Source of the DNA: Chloroflexota bacterium
GTDB lineage: Bacteria; Chloroflexota; Dehalococcoidia; Dehalococcoidales; JACPPQ01
Assembly (NCBI GenBank): GCA_016190925.1
Contig: JACPPQ010000109.1
Location: 1,614-65,613, forward strand
DNA length: 64,000 nucleotides
Reading direction: 5' to 3'
The notes under the pieces were generated by a model. It was given only the letters and a program-made list of their open reading frames with translations, had not been told where the DNA came from and made no database searches. Positions 61,411 through 64,000 of this stretch are shown here, piece after piece; position 1 is the stretch's first letter; each line of letters opens with the position of its first letter. The position numbers were made by a program, and so were the translations under genes.

Positions 61411-62844
61411 TTGGCATATAAAGACTTGCGGGAATTCATGGCTTTACTGGAAAAGAGGAGACTTCTGGTTAGAGTTAAGTCAGAAGTGGACCCTTCCTGG
61501 GAAATCAACGGCGTTACCAGGAGGCTTCAAGAGGTAGGCGGACCGGCAGTGCTTTTTGAAAATGTAGGAGGGCACCAGGTCCCTGTTCTTTCCGAGCTTG
61601 TTGGAACGCCGGAGCGCCTGGCTTTAGCCCTGGGGATGGACTCTTCCACAACTGAAAAGCAAATCACAGAGGAGTGGGTCCGGCGGATTGAACATCCTGT
61701 TCCACCAAGGTTGGTAAGCACTGGTCCATGTAAAGAGAACATCCTGAAAGGTATTAAAGCTGACCTGAATGCGGTATTCCCGCCTGTAATCTGGCACAAA
61801 GGAGATGGCGGACCGTTTATCGGTGTTCTTGGCCTGCAAGTCACCAGGGACCCGGAGACCGGGGTACAGAACACAGGTATTTACCGCCAGATGGTCAGGA
61901 GCAAGAATGAGACCGGCCTTTATATGCCGGCCTACCAGCACGGCGGCCAGCACTTGCAAAAATGGGCGCGATTATATCCCGGCAAGCCCATGCCTCTAGC
62001 CGTTGTCCTTGGGCCGGAACCTTGTTACCTGCTTGCCGCCGGTGCCAAATTTCATCATCCGCCTGGAGAGGATGTCTATACGGGTGCTCTGAGACAGGAG
62101 CCATTGGAGCTGGTCAGGTGCGAGACCTGCGACATCGAGGTGCCTGCCACGGCTGAAATCATTCTGGAAGGTGAGGTCTATCCCGAAGAGTTCAAGACGG
62201 ATGGCCCATTTGGAGAGTACACCGGTTTCCTCGGCGGAGAACAAGAATTCAACGTCTTCCATTTGAAAGCTATAACCCATCGCAATAATCCTATCTTCCA
62301 GGGTACCCGGGAAGGCGCTCCACGCGGCAAGGGCTGGGTAGAAAGCGGCCTCCTGTGGATTAAGGGAGAAGAATACCAGTTATATAAGGAGCTTAAGAAG
62401 ATTAACGGGGTGATAGATGTTTGTGTGCCACTGTGGTGCAGCGGTTTCCACGCGGTGGTCTCAATCAGGAAGTTGAGGGCCGGACAACCTTTTCAAATTA
62501 TCCAGAGAATTTTCGGAGATGAAGAATTCGGCTCGCTCATAAAACATGTAATAGTGGTCGATGAAAACATCGATGTCCGCAATCCAAAAGAAGTTGAATG
62601 GGCCGTAGCCAACCTCGTCCAGGGTGACAGGGATATATTGGTAGTTCCCAGGTGTCCCGGCGAAGGACTGGATACCTCTCAACCTTATTCTAAACGTTTC
62701 TGGACGTCAAAGGTTGGCATTGATGCAACCGTACCGACTTACGAATATCAGGCTGAAGGACGGACGCCGCCACCCACATGTCTTGACCCGGACATCGTGG
62801 CCAGGGTAATCGCGCAGTGGGATAAATACGGGATAAATATATAG
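61411..62844 (+). CDS. UbiD-family decarboxylase/carboxylase, paralog 6
   Basis: This 477-aa ORF has a TTG start after AAGGAG, supported by alignment with paralog 7 (MAYKDLREF...). The motifs GVQNTGIYRQM and DGPFGEYTGFLG are present. Confidence 0.9.
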   Translation: MAYKDLREFMALLEKRRLLVRVKSEVDPSWEINGVTRRLQEVGGPAVLFENVGGHQVPVLSELVGTPERLALALGMDSSTTEKQITEEWVRRIEHPVPPRLVSTGPCKENILKGIKADLNAVFPPVIWHKGDGGPFIGVLGLQVTRDPETGVQNTGIYRQMVRSKNETGLYMPAYQHGGQHLQKWARLYPGKPMPLAVVLGPEPCYLLAAGAKFHHPPGEDVYTGALRQEPLELVRCETCDIEVPATAEIILEGEVYPEEFKTDGPFGEYTGFLGGEQEFNVFHLKAITHRNNPIFQGTREGAPRGKGWVESGLLWIKGEEYQLYKELKKINGVIDVCVPLWCSGFHAVVSIRKLRAGQPFQIIQRIFGDEEFGSLIKHVIVVDENIDVRNPKEVEWAVANLVQGDRDILVVPRCPGEGLDTSQPYSKRFWTSKVGIDATVPTYEYQAEGRTPPPTCLDPDIVARVIAQWDKYGINI

Positions 62845-62904
62845 TGGCCTGAGTCTGAATGTCTTTACAAAAATAGTACCACCTTATTCAACAACAATGG
62901 AAAG

Positions 62905-63150
62905 TCGGGGTGTCTAAGAGGAATGCCGACCCCTCTTCTAATATCCTATGGGGGTGGGGTTCCCATCCAGGGGTTTTGGCGAGTGGTGCGAGCCAAAACC
63001 CCCTAAAAGCATCTGAGGCTGTCCAAAAATGGCCTGTCACTCTGAACGAAGTGAAGAATCTGGGGGATGTAAGGGGAAGTGAATTCCCCTCCCCGAGAAT
63101 CTTCAGTCGTCCGCCTCGGCGGACACTCTCAGAATGACATTTCGGACAGC
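62905..63150. repeat. Hairpin modules in the spacer between the tandem UbiD-6 and UbiD-7 genes
   Basis: An 11-bp stem GGGGTTTTGGC-n11-GCCAAAACCCC spans 62970..63002. GGGGAA-n5-TTCCCC lies near 63073. GTCCGCC-tc-GGCGGAC spans 63109..63124. TTCGGACAGC at 63141 is also seen at 3661 and 61350. Confidence 0.75.
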
Positions 63151-63314
63151 CTCTTAGGGTGAGGGTAATATTCTTCCAAATTAGTGCCACAAAAAGACAT
63201 CTATTTTGGACAAGCGTAATTTGGAGATTCGGAATTTATTTTGATTTTCAAAGAGCTATTCAAAGCTTTGTCCAGGCGATAAATATACACCATTCTTAAA
63301 GATGGGGAAAAACT

Positions 63315-64000
63315 ATGGCATATAAAGATTTAAGAGAATTCATAGCTCTGCTGGAACAGAAAGGCCACCTGGTCAGGGTGAAGGCTGAGGTGAACCCGTC
63401 ATGGGAGATAAATGGCATCACCAATAAACTTACCAGGGAAAACGGCCCGGCAGTGCTTTTTGAAAATGCAGGAGGGCACAAAGTCCCCGTTCTTTCCGAG
63501 CTGCTGGGAAGGTCCCAGAGACGATATGCACTGGCGTTGGGTCTTGATACGGATGATGTGAGAGTAATAAGAGACGAATGGCTGAAGAGGATTAACCATC
63601 CCATAACCCCGAGATTAGTAAAGACCGGCCCGTGCAAGGAGAATATCCTCACAGGTGACAGGGCTGACCTGAACGCTATCTTCCCTCCGGTGCTCTGGCA
63701 CAAAGGCGATGGCGCACCGTTTGTTGGTACACAGGGCCTTCAGGTGACCAGGGACCCGGAAACGGGAGTCCAGAACACCGGTGTTTACCGGCAAATGGTG
63801 TTCTCTAAGAACGAGACCAGCCTCATGATGCAGCCCTTCCAGCACGGAGCGCAGCATCTTCAGAAATGGGTGCGCCTGTACCCCGGCAAGCCGATGCCTG
63901 TGGCGGTTGTCATCGGCCCTGAACCATGCTACCTTATAACGGCTGGTGGAAAGTTCTCACACCCGCCGAGCGAAGACGCCTACGCGGGAGGGCTGAGGCA
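63315..64000 (+). CDS. UbiD-family decarboxylase/carboxylase, paralog 7; runs off the right edge
   Basis: This ORF is absent from the ORF track because the window edge truncates it. My translation from the ATG at 63315 gives MAYKDLREFIALLEQKGHLVRVKAEVNPSWEINGITNKL...GVQNTGVYRQM... About two-thirds of residues match paralog 6 by eye. Confidence 0.85.
   Translation, partial: MAYKDLREFIALLEQKGHLVRVKAEVNPSWEINGITNKLTRENGPAVLFENAGGHKVPVLSELLGRSQRRYALALGLDTDDVRVIRDEWLKRINHPITPRLVKTGPCKENILTGDRADLNAIFPPVLWHKGDGAPFVGTQGLQVTRDPETGVQNTGVYRQMVFSKNETSLMMQPFQHGAQHLQKWVRLYPGKPMPVAVVIGPEPCYLITAGGKFSHPPSEDAYAGGLR

Noticed and set aside
1-64000. Search for tRNA, rRNA, integrase or transposase genes or prophage marks that would define a mobile genomic island.
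   Set aside because: I recognised none by eye. 'Island' is used here only in the sense of functional clustering.

Overview
This 64-kb window is dense with catabolic genes and contains no rRNA, tRNA, CRISPR array, transposase or integrase. I read it as an anaerobic aromatic, N-heterocycle and amine degradation island from an uncultivated bacterium. Lineage cannot be called from the sequence, although Pro/Ala/Thr-linker lipoprotein binding proteins and GGAGG ribosome-binding sites are consistent features.

Main content:
- Seven UbiD-family (prFMN-type) decarboxylase paralogs, two of them cut by the window edges. No UbiX is present.
- Two paralogous TRAP transporters, one TctCAB transporter, one orphan DctP-like binding protein and one MFS transporter.
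- An acetone/acetophenone-carboxylase-like HyuA/HyuB/gamma set, co-operonic with a UbiD, two isochorismatase-fold proteins, an Isf-like flavoprotein and a nitroreductase.
- An SCP-x thiolase next to an HMG-CoA-synthase-like/DUF35 fusion that appears to lack its catalytic residues.
- A MEDS-PAS histidine kinase with a NarL-type response regulator.
- A 16-gene co-directional block at 33876-52116. It combines methylmalonyl-CoA-mutase-type genes, an acyl-CoA ligase, four different amine-oxidising systems, three aldehyde:ferredoxin oxidoreductases (AORs), polyferredoxins and a MoaD-like protein.

The non-coding DNA is unusual in two ways:
- A conserved leader/operator-like element beginning TGTAGG precedes five operons.
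- The intergenic spacers are mosaics of short GC-rich hairpin modules. These include a ~180-nt composite repeat and hairpin arrays between dctP and dctQM in both TRAP operons.

All calls come from reading the ORF track and the sequence by eye. No database searches were run.
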